The translations under genes and the position numbers were made by a program. A stretch of DNA of 64,000 nt from Octopus sinensis (lineage: Eukaryota), in NCBI RefSeq assembly GCF_006345805.1, contig NC_043013.1:9858001-9922000 (forward strand), given 5' to 3'. Below, in pieces: positions 38,448-52,071 of the stretch. The notes beneath the pieces were generated by a model. It was not told the origin of the DNA. It searched no databases and worked only from the letters and a program-made list of their open reading frames with translations. Numbering within the stretch: position 1 is the first letter of the stretch; each line of letters begins with the position of its first letter.

Positions 38448-39880
38448 GGTGGTGATTGTCAAAGTAGCATTGTTGGAAGCAATATTGTTGTTAGTATTAG
38501 TGGAAGTGGTGGTTGTGATGGTGGTGGTTGTGGTTGTGGTGGTGGCTGTGGTGAAGATAGAGGTTGTGGTGGTGGCAGTTGTGGTGGTGGTTGTGGTGGA
38601 GGTGGTGGTGATTGTGGTGGTTGTGGTGGAGGTGGTGGTGATTGTGGTGGTTGTGTTGGAGGTAGTGTTTGTGGTGGAGGTAGTGTGTGTGGTGGAGGTG
38701 GTGTTTGTGGTGGTGGTGGTTGGGGTGGTGGGGTGGAGAAAATGGTGGTAGTTGTGGTGGTTGTGGTGGTTATGGTCGTGGTTGTGATGGAGATGGTGGT
38801 GATTGTGATGGTGATTGTAGTGGTGGTGGTGTTGGTTGTAGTGGTGGTGGTGTTGGTTGTAGTGGTGGTGGTGTTGGTGGTGATGATGGTGTTAGTGGTG
38901 GTGATGGTGGTGCTGGTAGTATTCTCTCTGATGGTGGTAGTGTTGGTTGTCTTGGTCGTAGTAAAGGTGGTGGTGTTGGTTGTAGTGGTGGTGCTAGTTG
39001 TAGTGGTGATGGTTCTGGTGGCGATGGAGATGGTGGTGATTGTGATGGTGATTGTAGTGGTGGTGGTGTTGGTTGTAGTGGTGGTGCTAGTTGTAGTGGT
39101 GATGGTTCTGGTGGCGATGGAGATGGTGGTGGTGGTGGTGGTGTTGGTGGTGATGATGGTGTTAGTGGTGGTGATGGTGTTAGTGGTGGTGATGGTGGTG
39201 CTGGTAGTATTCTCTCTGATGGTGGTAGTGTTGGTTGTCTTGGTCGTAGTAAAGGTGGTGGTGTTGGTGGTGATGATGGTGTTAGTGGTGGTGATGGTGT
39301 TAGTGGTGGTGATGGTGGTATTCACCATGGTATGGTGGTAGTGTTGGTTGTCTTGGTCGTAGTAAAGGTGGTGGTGTTGGTGGTGATGATGGTGTTAGTG
39401 GTGGTGGTGATGGTGGTATTCACCATGGTATGGTGGTAGTGTTGTAATTAGTGGTGGTAGTCCTGGTTTTAGTAGTTAATGGTGATGGTGGTGTGTTGGT
39501 GGTAGTCTTAGTGATGGTGGTGCTGGTAGTATTCTCTCTGATGGTGGTAGTGTTGGTTGTCTTGGTCGTAGTAAAGGTGGTGGTGTTGGTGGTGATGATG
39601 GTGTTAGTGGTGGTGATGGTGTTAGTGGTGGTGGAGTTGTTGATGGAAACGGTGTTGGTCGTGTTGCTGTTGTTGATAGCTGTGGTGTTGGTGTTAGGGT
39701 GGTAGTTTTGGTGGTGATGGTGGTGCTGGTGGTAGTGGTGGTGTCAATGATGAACGTAGTGGTGTTGTTGGTAGTAGAGATTACTAGCGGCAGTAGTAGT
39801 GGTACCGCGCTGGTGGTGATGGCGTTACTGCACAAGATGGTGGTGGTGGTGGTGTTGGCTGTGCTAGCGTTAGGCATTCA
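38008..39880. repeat. (GGT/GAT/GTT)-derived low-complexity block with higher-order internal repeats
   Basis: Strong NNT triplet periodicity. attctctctg recurs at 38921, 39209 and 39531; cttggtcgtagtaaagg recurs at 38951, 39239, 39352 and 39561. Confidence 0.85.
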
Positions 39881-40250
39881 TTAAAATCACAACTGATTTG
39901 TGAAGGTCGACCAGAAACGAGGTGAAAATGGACGAAGTGGATCGAGCGTTGATCTGTGATCCGCTTGGAGTCGACATGGCGCAAAACGATTTGCCGGAAG
40001 TAGGTCGTAACACAGATCGTTATATTAACGCACACCACCAGGGGTCGCCAGTCGCTTGTATTAACACATCATCTTTGTCATCTTTTGTCTTTCAGCATTT
40101 GCTTTCAAAAGCAAAAATAAAAATAAAAAAACAAACAAATAAACCAATCCTTTCCTTCTCTTATTTTTATTTATTTTTTATTTATATTTTTTTGTATATT
40201 TATTTGTTTATTTTTCCATGAAATGTTCGGTGTTCGCAGAGCGAACATTA

Positions 40251-40320
<70 letters not shown>

Positions 40321-40473
40321 TTGGAGGAGGGAGGTGGTGGCGTTGATGCTGGTGATATTCAGTCGCCATATTTGCTGACTGGCTGTAATTTGATTGCATT
40401 TAACATCGTCCAACCTTAAGTTTCGAAAATTCACCTGCGTCTCGAACTGAAAATAATAATAATAGTAATAATG

Positions 40474-40531
<58 letters not shown>

Positions 40532-40619
40532 TAATAATAATAATGATGATAAAAACTAATAATAACAACAATAACAATATAATGATGATACCACCTTGTT
40601 TTAGTGCTTTGACCAAGAA

Positions 40620-40963
40620 TGGTGAAAAGGGAGTGGTGGGAGGATTGCTTATAGCAAAAGGGAAAGGGAGGAAATGTAGAGAGAGTAAATGAAAGGGGTA
40701 AGACGGAGGTGAATAAAAGAGATCCATTTTGAGGAGAAAGTGAAAGTACGGAGACAGGGAAAGAAGCAGGTACAGAGAGAGAGGGGGAGTGAGAGAAGAG
40801 GAGGAAGGAGGAAAGAGTGGGAAAGGGAGTGGGAGGGCAAAGCTGAAACAGATTGTGCGCGTAAAGAAGTGGAAGGGATTGGGATGAGTGAGAGAGCCCA
40901 GAGAAGAGAAAGAGACTGAGTATTGCTTAGAGAAAAGTGCAAAGAAAGAGTGATAAATTCGTA

Positions 40964-41001
<38 letters not shown>

Positions 41002-41100
41002 TGGAAGAGAATTCGTAAGAAGAAAGAGAGAGGGGAGAAGGGGGAGGTAATGTAAAGGAAATCAAACACTGAGAGAAAGGAGGCTGAAAACGAGAGAGAA
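40620..41100 (+). repeat. Purine-rich (GA/GGA) low-complexity tract
   Basis: The plus strand is almost only A and G, and includes (GA)n. Confidence 0.8.
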
Positions 41101-41143
41101 AACGTCTGCGTGTGTGTAAATGTTATGTGTGCGTAAGGAAAAA

Positions 41144-41217
<74 letters not shown>

Positions 41218-41924
41218 GCTATCTATCTCTCTCCTATATATATATATTATATCTATATTATATATACTCACCATACATTATATAGATAAATCTATCTATC
41301 TAATCATCTCTCTCTAATATATATATGTATATATATTATATATATATATATATATACTCACACTACATACAGACATACATGCATACATATAAATGCACCT
41401 ACATATATATATACACAAAGTGAGAGAGAGAAGTAATTGATATTGTAAGAGAACGAAAGTAGATGGATATATATTAAGGTGCCTGACTACATAAATTTTG
41501 ATTTTTATTGACGATTAGTTTAATAGAAACATGAAAAAAAAATGGTGGTAATAATTAGGTGTAAAATAATTTGGAAAGGAGGAGCTTAGAATGATAGAAT
41601 AAAAACGGGGCTGCGGTAAACATAGATAGCCGCTGTGAAATATATGAAATTTTCCAAAATACTAAGTATGAGACACGCCTTGAATATTATCGGAAAACGA
41701 CAAAAATACTTCTTTTTCTTGTTTTTCATCCACCGGGCATAAGAAATTTATCAAGTCCTTCTAGTGCCCTTTACCTTTCGTATTGTGAATGCATAGAAAT
41801 GAACAGCATTTACTGTAATCTTACTCAAACCTTGTGAGTGTATGCCAATTTTAGAGAGACAGGGACGCTATGCCAAGCTAAAAGTTTTAAACTCTTGCGT
41901 TCTTTAATATTTTAAGTATCGTTC

Positions 41925-42310
41925 AAAATTCTCAGCGGCATTTCATTCATCTTTACGGTCTGAGTTCTAATTCTTCTGACATCAGCTATGCCTGTCATCC
42001 TGTCGGGATGTACCAATCATGTACTGAGGTGTCGATTTAATCGACTTTACTCGGCCATGAAATTGCTGACCTTGTGCCAAAATTTGAGACTAATGTTTCT
42101 AATATCGTTCAGGCGGCACACCAGGCAAAATTTTTAGCGGAATTTCATTCTTTACAATCTTGAGTTCAAATTTTGCTGTGCCGAGGTTGACTTTGCTTTT
42201 CATCCTTTCGAGGTCTATAAAATAAATACAAGTTAAGCACTCTGGTCGATATAAGTGATTTACCGCTCTCTCTCAAAGTTGCTGGACTTTCGCAAAAACT
42301 TGAAACCGAC
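41925..42310 (+). mobile_element. Two degenerate SINE group B copies
   Basis: Each has a variant of the B-box segment tgagttcaaatt and of gtcgatttaatcgact. Confidence 0.65.
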
Positions 42311-43285
42311 ATTTTAAATATCGTAAATTCTACTTTGTGTTATAAATTCAAATCATTTTGTATTATTTTTTCATCAAGGGCTGGGAACAATACCAGGAAT
42401 ATAAGAGGATTCTTTAAGCGGTAGCACAATCTGCTAGAAGTAGCAAACGAAATCATCCTAAAGACAGCTTACAGCATGAGAAAAATGCAAAAATAACGTT
42501 TTGAAGCTGGAAGTGTATGCAATTATTATAAAGTTGTATATTGTAAAATGCAGAAGAAATACCGACATTTCAGTCCCTAACTATCAGAAGCCTTTTATAA
42601 TCTACACCAATTTATGAGTAGGACCTTCCAATTCCTGCTGCCTTCAGACTAGTATCCTGGCTCGCTCTGTTTCACTGTACCTTGCACATACTATGGTCAT
42701 ACATTTGTATTGGTTATACTGATATAAAGTACTTGTATTTCATTTAGTTACTTAAGTGTACTTAATATTTGCTTAATTTTGAGGTGTCTAACTCAGGAAA
42801 AAATTTTGGAACGAAATGTTCTGGAAAATCGATTACGTACCTATAGTTAGTAAAAACAAACGTTACTTTTATTTGGAGTTATCCTTGCCATTAGCTGGCA
42901 AAAACATGTAAAATTTAAACATATTAAGCGATCTAAGACCAACCACATCGGCTGAGTGGTATTTTTTGAAAAATATACATTATGCAGATCAAGGTATAAC
43001 TTTGTGTTTAAATCTCACCGATACACTAAGCGTGAATAAGAAGGAACAAAATGATGATAGCTCGAATGTCTTTGATCGAAGAGAATGGTTTCGCTTGGTT
43101 GGGAGTTAACTGCAAGATAAACAACAATAAATGGGGGTCTACTGAACTTTACACTCTACATGGCGCAGTTATATTTCTGCTATCATCAATATTTGTAGCA
43201 GCAGCGGCCCTGGATTAATCATCCTCAACGCCGTGGTCTTACCTTGTGAAATCTGTGTGTGTGTGTGTGTGTGTATCTGTGTTGT

Positions 43286-43330
<45 letters not shown>

Positions 43331-43607
43331 CATATACCTTCTAATGATCAGATGTAAGAGGACGATGATGATGAAAAACATGTTGCTAAGAAATATAAGG
43401 TTGGGTAGTTATCTAGTTCTTGTTTTTGGTTAAATGCATATACAAGCATAAATAAATATATATATATGTATGTATATATATAGAGAGAGAATGAGAGAGA
43501 AAGATAGACAGATAGATGGCTGGATGAATACATAGATGCATAGATGCATTCATATATATCTATATAACTATATGTTTATTTATGTATATATACATATATA
43601 TATATAT

Positions 43608-43648
<41 letters not shown>

Positions 43649-43902
43649 CATATATATTCAGTATGTCCGTATGTATGTGCAAATATCTATGTATGCGTGT
43701 ATATATAAGTACATATGTATATATATATATATATATATGTCTATATGTAATGTGTATATATACTTATATGTATATGTGTATGCGTGTTTATATATATATA
43801 TATATGTATGTATGTATGTTTGTATGTATACACACATATATAAACACGCATACATATATACACATACATATATACATATATATATACATACATACATATA
43901 TA

Positions 43903-43934
<32 letters not shown>

Positions 43935-44353
43935 GAGTCGCTGAATGTCTCCGCTACAACAGCTGTTGTTCTCGAGCAATAATCTCCAGTTGAAGAAAGA
44001 AGTGTCTTCTTTTTCATGGTCCCCTGAAGAGCAATTTCTCTCATTCACTTACAACTATCTTCCATCCATCCATTCATTCTTTCTTTCAGTTTTCTTCAAT
44101 AATTTCTCTTTCATTCTTTCATTTGTTCATTCGCTCGTTGATTCAATGCAATGCCAAATGCTCTGGCGAATGGGAAAACAATAAATAAAAAGAAGATGTA
44201 CAATAGCAAAACGAAAAGAAAACTAAAATCCAATAAGAAGATTGAAGCCCAGCAAATAGAAAATAGATATAAGAAACAAACGGGAAAATTGTAATGTTTA
44301 TTTTCTTCCCCTTGTGTTAGTTTGAAGGAAGAAATTGATAGATAGATTAGATG

Positions 44354-44412
<59 letters not shown>

Positions 44413-44784
44413 GAAGATACATGTGGAGAAATACAGGAAATTCTGAGCTTAAGAATTGGACAAAGATTATGTGTGCGTGTGTGTGTGTGAACATCTGCAT
44501 GTGTGTTTGTATTTCTTTCCCCGCTCTCTCTCACTTTCTCTGTTCCTGTCCGTCAGTTCGTCTCTCTATCGAAATACATACACATATATATGTTTAGATA
44601 TATCTATATATGTGTGTATACATGTATACACGTATATCTGTGCCTGGATGTACATCTATATGCATATATATTCATATGCATTTATATACTTACATAGGCA
44701 TATACGTGTCTGTATACATACATACATACATACATACAAATATAGATACATACATACATTTATATATATATATATGTATACATA

Positions 44785-44824
<40 letters not shown>

Positions 44825-44862
44825 AATAGTACATGTATGTATGTATCTATACATATATATAC

Positions 44863-44899
<37 letters not shown>

Positions 44900-44950
44900 C
44901 ATATATATACACATATATATATATAAGTCAAAGATATATACTTTTGGTTT

Positions 44951-44983
<33 letters not shown>

Positions 44984-45132
44984 CATACACACCAATATAT
45001 ATGTGTGTATGTTATGTATGTATGTATGTATGTATGTATATGTATATGTATACACACCGACATACTGACGAACAATGAAAACAGAAAATGAGACAAATAT
45101 ATAAAAAGAAAGACAGAATTATTATCAGCATG

Positions 45133-45170
<38 letters not shown>

Positions 45171-45211
45171 GCAACGTAATACAACACATACACAGACTGG
45201 CAACTCACAAC

Positions 45212-45252
<41 letters not shown>

Positions 45253-45599
45253 GTCTCTTTCTCTCCCTCACAAACACACACAGAGCAGAATTTCAGAATT
45301 TGCTGAAAGCCTTAGGATGGTAATTCTCTGGTGTGTCTTCAGAAAACAAGCCAAAGGGTAATCACTGTTGATTAAGAAATGATAATGAAGGCAAAGCCGG
45401 AAGATAATTGCTACTAAAAGCGTGGAGTGGCTTGTAGAAGCTGTCAATCCAGCGGCTGCAGCCGATTGTCTATTACATTGCGGGAGGAACGACGTTTACA
45501 TGTTCAACGCTTTTGCCTTCCATTTTGTTTTTTTTTTTTTTTTTGCTAACCCCTTTCTCTCTTATTACCTCTACCATCACTACAAGAACAATAACAACA

Positions 45600-45699
45600 N
45601 NNNNNNNNNNNNNNNNNNNNNNNNNNNNNNNNNNNNNNNNNNNNNNNNNNNNNNNNNNNNNNNNNNNNNNNNNNNNNNNNNNNNNNNNNNNNNNNNNNN
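45600..45699. other. Assembly gap (100 N)
   Basis: Run of exactly 100 n characters. Confidence 0.99.
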
Positions 45700-46314
45700 C
45701 CATTTCTTATCTGATTCTCACTGTACTGTAATCTCATATCCTGCAGGTCTCCATCTATATTTTATCCCTCTGGGATCGAAGCTTCCATAAATCGAGTTCT
45801 AATCTCAAATGACACTTCTAAGAAAACTCTCCTGGTTTGTTCTTAATGAAAAGACAGTAAATATTCACCAATAATCTGCGTCGTATTGCTGTATGGTAAG
45901 AAGGTTGTGTCTGTTGCATTTTGTTAAATTTTCAGTCCCATTGTAAACCACTTTGAGCAGATGTCTCCTACTATGGCCCCGAGTGAATCAACGACATGTC
46001 CATGTGACTAGAGTTTGTGGAGGGAAGTGGAAAGAAGCCCGACGTATCTATCTATCTATTTATCTATATATCTGTCTGTCTGTCTAAAACAGAGAGTTAC
46101 TTACTTGCAAATAAATGTGCTAACATGTGACATTATTGACCGAGGTTACCGTGGTCTTTTCCGTAGGCTTTTCTTTCCACAGATAAACCTTGCCTGTTTC
46201 CCCCTTTACACTTTACATCATGACATTTGTGATACACGATCCCTATTGATCGCTTTTCTTTTTACGATCCCTTTTGATCGAAAACCTACACCCCTTTTTT
46301 TTCTCCCCCAACAG

Positions 46315-46430
46315 GAAAAGTGTGAGAGAAAGCTATGGCGAAAGAGTCAGCAGAAGTTCGCCAATACCTTCTGCCGGAGCTGCGTGGAGCTTAGGTGTTT
46401 CGTTCGTAAACACAACGGTTTAGAGTACAG
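46315..46430 (-). mobile_element. Degenerate middle module of SINE group D
   Basis: gagagaaagctatggcgaaagagtcagcag...ctgccggagctgcgtggagcttaggtgtttcg aligns with 56430-56520 and 27495-27580. Confidence 0.7.
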
Positions 46431-47344
46431 TACGATACAAATGTTAGAGCTATTGTTTGATGAAGAATCTGTGACAATCAGGCATTACTCGGTAGGGGAA
46501 GAGAACTCTAACGTAAAGAGATCTCGCTTTAATTAGTAACAGGTGGTTGTTGTTTGCGCTAGTTCAGGTTTGATAAATCTTTCTGTAATCAAAGGTCTTG
46601 AATTCATCATGACCATCCTTGCTTAATATATGGTTTTAACAAGATTCTCGGAAATATCCTGGCCATGTTCATGACAAGAGATTACGTAATGTGTGTGATC
46701 TCACTGCTATTTCTAACTGTTGAAGGTCTCAGTAAATATAAAGGTATCCCTCGTTGTTGGCGTTGCTCTTTATCCCTGACCAAGTCTTGAATAAGGAGAC
46801 GAATAATGGAAAGCATCCCAACTATGGCCATATTAAGTTTTCAAGCATTCTGTGAAATTTGTCCTATCTTACGACGGTAATTTTGCAATTTGAAGATGTA
46901 GCTGCTATTTTTCCTTATGAGTGAAGGGAGTTTTAGAGTCTTTCTTCATTAATTTAACAGGCCAAGGAACTGCAGGCCAGCCCCTTTCCTAGAAAATAGG
47001 AGATTATTCTTTCTCTAATAGTAGCCATTTCGAATAAATTCTACTCTATCTGTTAACTCTAACTAGCTTCATTTGAAGTGCGGCCATGCCGTAGCATCGA
47101 CTTGAAGGGCTGGGTCCAAAAAATCGATCCCTGTACATTTTTAAGACTGTTAATTACTCCATCATTCTTATATTGCCGAACCGTAATGTTACAGGATGTA
47201 AACAAACCAAAACTGGTTGCCAGCGGTGACGAGGAGAGTTACACACGTACACACACACACACACACGCACGCACACACACACACACATACACACACACTC
47301 TCTCTCTCTCACTCAGATGTTTATTTTTCATTGGATGGAGTACT

Positions 47345-47887
47345 TTCTTGTTGATCGTATCTATAAATGGAACGTGTATATATATATATATTATATATAT
47401 ATATATATGTGTGTGTATATATATATATGTGTGTGTATATATATATATTGTGTGTATATATATATATGTGTGTGTATATATATATATATGTGTGTATATA
47501 TATATATGTGTGTATATATATATATGTGTATATATATATATATATATGTGTGTATATATATATATGTGTGTATATATATATATGTGTATATATATATATA
47601 TATATATGTGTGTATATATATATATATGTGTGTGTATATATATATATATGTGTATATATATATATATGTGTATATATATATATATGTGTATATATATATA
47701 TATGTGTATATATATATATATATGTATATATATGTGTATATATATATATATGTATATATATGTGTATATATATATATATATGTATATATATGTGTATATA
47801 TATATGTGTATATATATATATGTATATATATGTGTATATATATATATGTGTATATATATATATATATGTATATATATGTGTATATAT
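47345..47887. repeat. (TA)n/TGTG compound minisatellite
   Basis: Units of roughly 16-22 bp of the form tatatatatatgtgtg, repeated many times. Confidence 0.9.
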
Positions 47888-48063
47888 AACGGGAAGCTTT
47901 ATGAAAATAAACAAAAGACGAAGGCAGGTGGAAAACAAACGAACAATTGTATTAGTATGGCGCTCAGGAAATATAAATAAAACAAGTCTTTAACGTTTCG
48001 AGCCTACGCTCTTCAACAGAAAGATACACAGAGAAAAAAACACAGAAAGAAGGAGAGAAAAAA
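47887..48063 (-). mobile_element. Penelope-like short element (family P2), second copy
   Basis: It is homologous to 21804-21968 and has the same taacgggaag end next to a TA-rich tract. The minus strand reads tcttt-ctgttga-a-gagc-gtag-gctc-gaaacgt-t-aaaga at 47987-48024. Confidence 0.6.
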
Positions 48064-48163
48064 ATGCGTGCAGTAGCTAACGAATCAACATGGCGATGTG
48101 TAATATATATATGTGTATATATATATGTATATATATGTGTATATATATATATATGTATATATA

Positions 48164-48242
<79 letters not shown>

Positions 48243-48532
48243 TCATATATATATATATGTAATATATATATTTATTTATTCATTATATATATATGTATAT
48301 ATATATATTTATACAAGTATATATATATGTTATATATATGAGTATATATATATATATGTATTATATATATATATATATATATATGTGTATATGTATATAA
48401 TATATGAGTATATATATCTATATATATGTATATGTATATATATATATATGTATGTATATATGTGTAGTATATATGAGTATATATATATATATATATATAA
48501 TATACAATATGTATGTATATGTATGTATATAG

Positions 48533-48565
<33 letters not shown>

Positions 48566-48651
48566 ATATATGTGTATATATGAGTATATATATATATATA
48601 TTATATATATATATGTGTATAATATATATATATATATGTATATATATATGG

Positions 48652-48685
<34 letters not shown>

Positions 48686-48686
48686 G

Positions 48687-48725
<39 letters not shown>

Positions 48726-48726
48726 C

Positions 48727-48757
<31 letters not shown>

Positions 48758-49346
48758 GTGGACTGAAGCCCAAACCATATGGTTGTGAGCCAAGCACCTT
48801 ACCCACGCTGCTACGCTACCCTCCACTGTTATAACACTCTGTTTTTTAGAGAGAGGCATGAACGCCATCATTGTGTTTCTTTAAACTCCTCTATTTCTAA
48901 TTAATACCTCGTGTCTCAGTTAGATACACTCACACTTAAATGTTAACAGTGTTTAAGTTGGTGCAGATGTTTACAGATCCAGCAGTAAGTTTCCGGCGCC
49001 TAAAAAAAATATTTGCTTTCAAAATGGCAGACTCAGAGTTGCAGACAGAGATTTAGTTTGTCTCTTAGATATCAAATGGCAGGCAACTGTTAATTTTATC
49101 CTATACCGTTAGAAAACTAATACAAGAATAAAATAGTAACTGTAGTATATGTGTGTGGGGGGAGGGTTATGCCGTACATATGAATATATACACATGTGTG
49201 TATATAAAAATATATATATGTATATATATATATATATGTATGAATATATGTATATAAATATGCATATATGTATACATGCGTATATATATATATATATATA
49301 ATGCACATATATATATATTATTCATATATATATGCACACATACATA

Positions 49347-49390
<44 letters not shown>

Positions 49391-49642
49391 TATTATATAG
49401 ATACAAGAATATATATATTTATATATGTAATATATATATTATATATATTCACATGTATGGAACTTTCGATCAGGCAATGACAATACTCGAACACAAGTTT
49501 GCAGCCAGGGATGTGCCGCTTATGTAGGGAAGGTAGGCAGTGCCTATTTTGAATAAAATAGATCGATAGCAACATTTTCCCTTTATGGCAGATATGCACA
49601 GCATGGCCGCAGTGAAATAACTAAAACAAGTAAAAGAATATA

Positions 49643-49691
<49 letters not shown>

Positions 49692-49693
<2 letters not shown>

Positions 49694-50085
49694 CGCAGGA
49701 GTGGCTGTGTGGTAAGTAGCTTGCTAACCAACCACATGGTTCCGGGTTCAGTCCCACTGCGTGGTATCTTGTGCAAGTGTCTTCTGCTATAGCCCCGGGC
49801 CGACCAATGCCTTGTGAGTGGATTTGGTAGACAGTAACTGAAAGAAGCCTGTCGTTGTATATATATATATGTGTGTGTGTGTTTGTGTGCCTGTGTTTGT
49901 TCCCCCTAGCATTGCTTGACAACCAATGCTGGTGTGTTTACGTCCCCGTCACTTAGCGGTTCGGCAAAAAGAGACCGATAGAATAAGTACTGGGCTTACA
50001 AAGAATAAGTCCCGGGGTCGATTTGCTCGACTAAGGCGGTGCTCCAGCATGGCCGCAGTCAATGACTGAAACAAGTAAAGAAAGA
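49692..50085 (+). mobile_element. SINE group A, young full-length copy
   Basis: Runs from ggcgcaggagtggctgtgtggtaagtagcttgctaacc to gactgaaacaagtaaaga. It is very similar to 60622-61012. Confidence 0.95.
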
Positions 50086-50093
50086 AGAAAGAA

Positions 50094-50150
<57 letters not shown>

Positions 50151-50246
50151 CATGTGTGTACGTGGTGTATGTGAATATATGTTTGTGTCAAAAAGCGATT
50201 CAAAATTTTACATATATACATGTGGTGTGTGGTGTGTCCGTGTGTC

Positions 50247-50307
<61 letters not shown>

Positions 50308-50544
50308 ATTTTCTCTGATTATGAAAGCACTTAATGTCAAAGCATAATTGAAATGATTACAATGGCACAATTTTAAGGAGGGTTGCTTCTCACCATATAC
50401 ACAAAAATAATCACATTCTGCCCGAACCAAATATAACCACATACGTACGTTCTGCCGCAACTTGCACACATAGACACAATCACAATAACAAATATTTTGC
50501 AGAAATGCATGACATAACAATTAGAATCGCGCACATTTAGCAGA

Positions 50545-50627
50545 AATGATTAATGCATGTGCTAGCGTTGCTGTGTTCTAAGATGTTTGCTTCCCGACCA
50601 CACGCTTGGGAAGCCCGTCGTATATAT

Positions 50628-50665
<38 letters not shown>

Positions 50666-50880
50666 TGTGTCTGTGTTTGTCCCCCACCATCGCTTCACAT
50701 CCGATGGTGGTGTGCCTTCGTCCCCGAAACTTAGCGGTTCGGCAAAAAAAAACCGATAGAATAAGTACTAGGCTAACAAAGAATAAGTCCTGGGGTCGAT
50801 TTTTTTTCGATTAAAGGTGGTGCTCCAGCATGGCCACTGTCAAATTATTGAAACAAATAAAAGAATAAAACTATAAAAGA
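50545..50880 (+). mobile_element. SINE group A with internal deletion
   Basis: A short head remnant is fused to aagcccgtcgta-(TG)n and the 3' half. Confidence 0.8.
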
Positions 50881-51338
50881 AAAATGCTATCTCTCAAACA
50901 TTTGCATTCACAGTCAGTATAACTATTGATTTTTTAACCCTGTGAGAAATTTAATTTATTGTATTCATATATTGATACAAGTGTCAACGTGTGGATACTA
51001 ACACTAAGGGGTACATGTGGCAAACACACACACACACACACACACACACCACTCGTACGCGCGCGCACACCTGCATTTTAATCATGCCCGCAGAGATAGA
51101 AGCGCATTGATGCAAACATTACTGCGCTTACACGTACAGGTACATACTCATCCATAAACACACATATATACACGCATATACTTAGATACATGATTGGCCA
51201 AGTCGACCTCTATGGAATTCGAACTCAGAACGCAAAGACGGACGAAATACCGCTGTGCTATCCAGCATGCTACCAGGTCGTTGCCATAGATTTTAGCAAT
51301 GTTAAGCAATAAAAGAAGTGAAGTTGCGTGGACAAATA

Positions 51339-51571
51339 TATTTCTTTACTACCCACAAGGGGCTACACAGAGAGAGGACAAACAAGGACAGACAAACGGA
51401 TTAAGTCGATTATATCGACCCCAGTGCGTAACTGGTACTTAATTTATCGACCCCGAAAGGATGAAAGGCAAAGTCGACCTCGGCGGAATTTGAACTTAGA
51501 ACGTAACGACAGACGAAATACGGTTACGCATTTCGCCCGGCGTGCTATCGTTTCTGCCAGCTCACCGCCTT
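51339..51571 (-). mobile_element. SINE group B (tail T1), full length with 15-bp TSD, inserted in a group C SINE head
   Basis: TSD ttgcgtggacaaata at 51324-51338 and 51572-51586. The downstream 51587-51720 (ttagggtgatacactcacgactgtaagatc...gcgttgtgttttagagtcaaatac) aligns with 815-960. Confidence 0.92.
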
Positions 51572-52071
51572 TTGCGTGGACAAATAGTTAGGGTGATACA
51601 CTCACGACTGTAAGATCGTCGTTTCGTTTCCCAGATAAGTCGGTGCGTTGTGTTTTAGAGTCAAATACTTCGATGCACTTCATTGCTGCAATCCTCTCAG
51701 CTGGAAATTAGGTCCAGCAATAGCAGCGTAGGACAGGCGTCTTGCTTAGGTTGGTGTATTGTAATTTGAATCACGTGTCCATCACGAAATCCGGATTAAG
51801 CTCCAGATTTATGAGACCTAGTATTTAAAACAAAAAGATAACTAACAGGAAAAGAAAGAAACAACGCCAACATCGAACTTATGAAAAATCTGAACAAGTT
51901 ATCTGGATTATAGATTTTTCATTATAGCTAAGATTACTCAGACAGCTAATTATATAACTGCTAACTGCTCCAGCAACAGTCGTAGAAAGCTGGCTATTTC
52001 AAAAGTAGAAATAACATGGGTAATTAAGAAATTATTACATTCTTGTTTAATTAATAGTCAGAAATTTTAAA

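Noticed and set aside
39922-40221. 99-aa ORF over the CpG island
   Set aside because: It has a GTG start, a low-complexity C-terminus and no domain. The region is kept only as a regulatory candidate.
40431-41069. 212-aa Phe/Ser/Leu-rich minus ORF
   Set aside because: It is the antisense of a GA-rich tract plus (AAT)n.
46015-46536. 173-aa ORF
   Set aside because: It overlaps a (TATC)n tract, a decayed SINE A end and a reversed SINE D middle module. No domain is recognisable.
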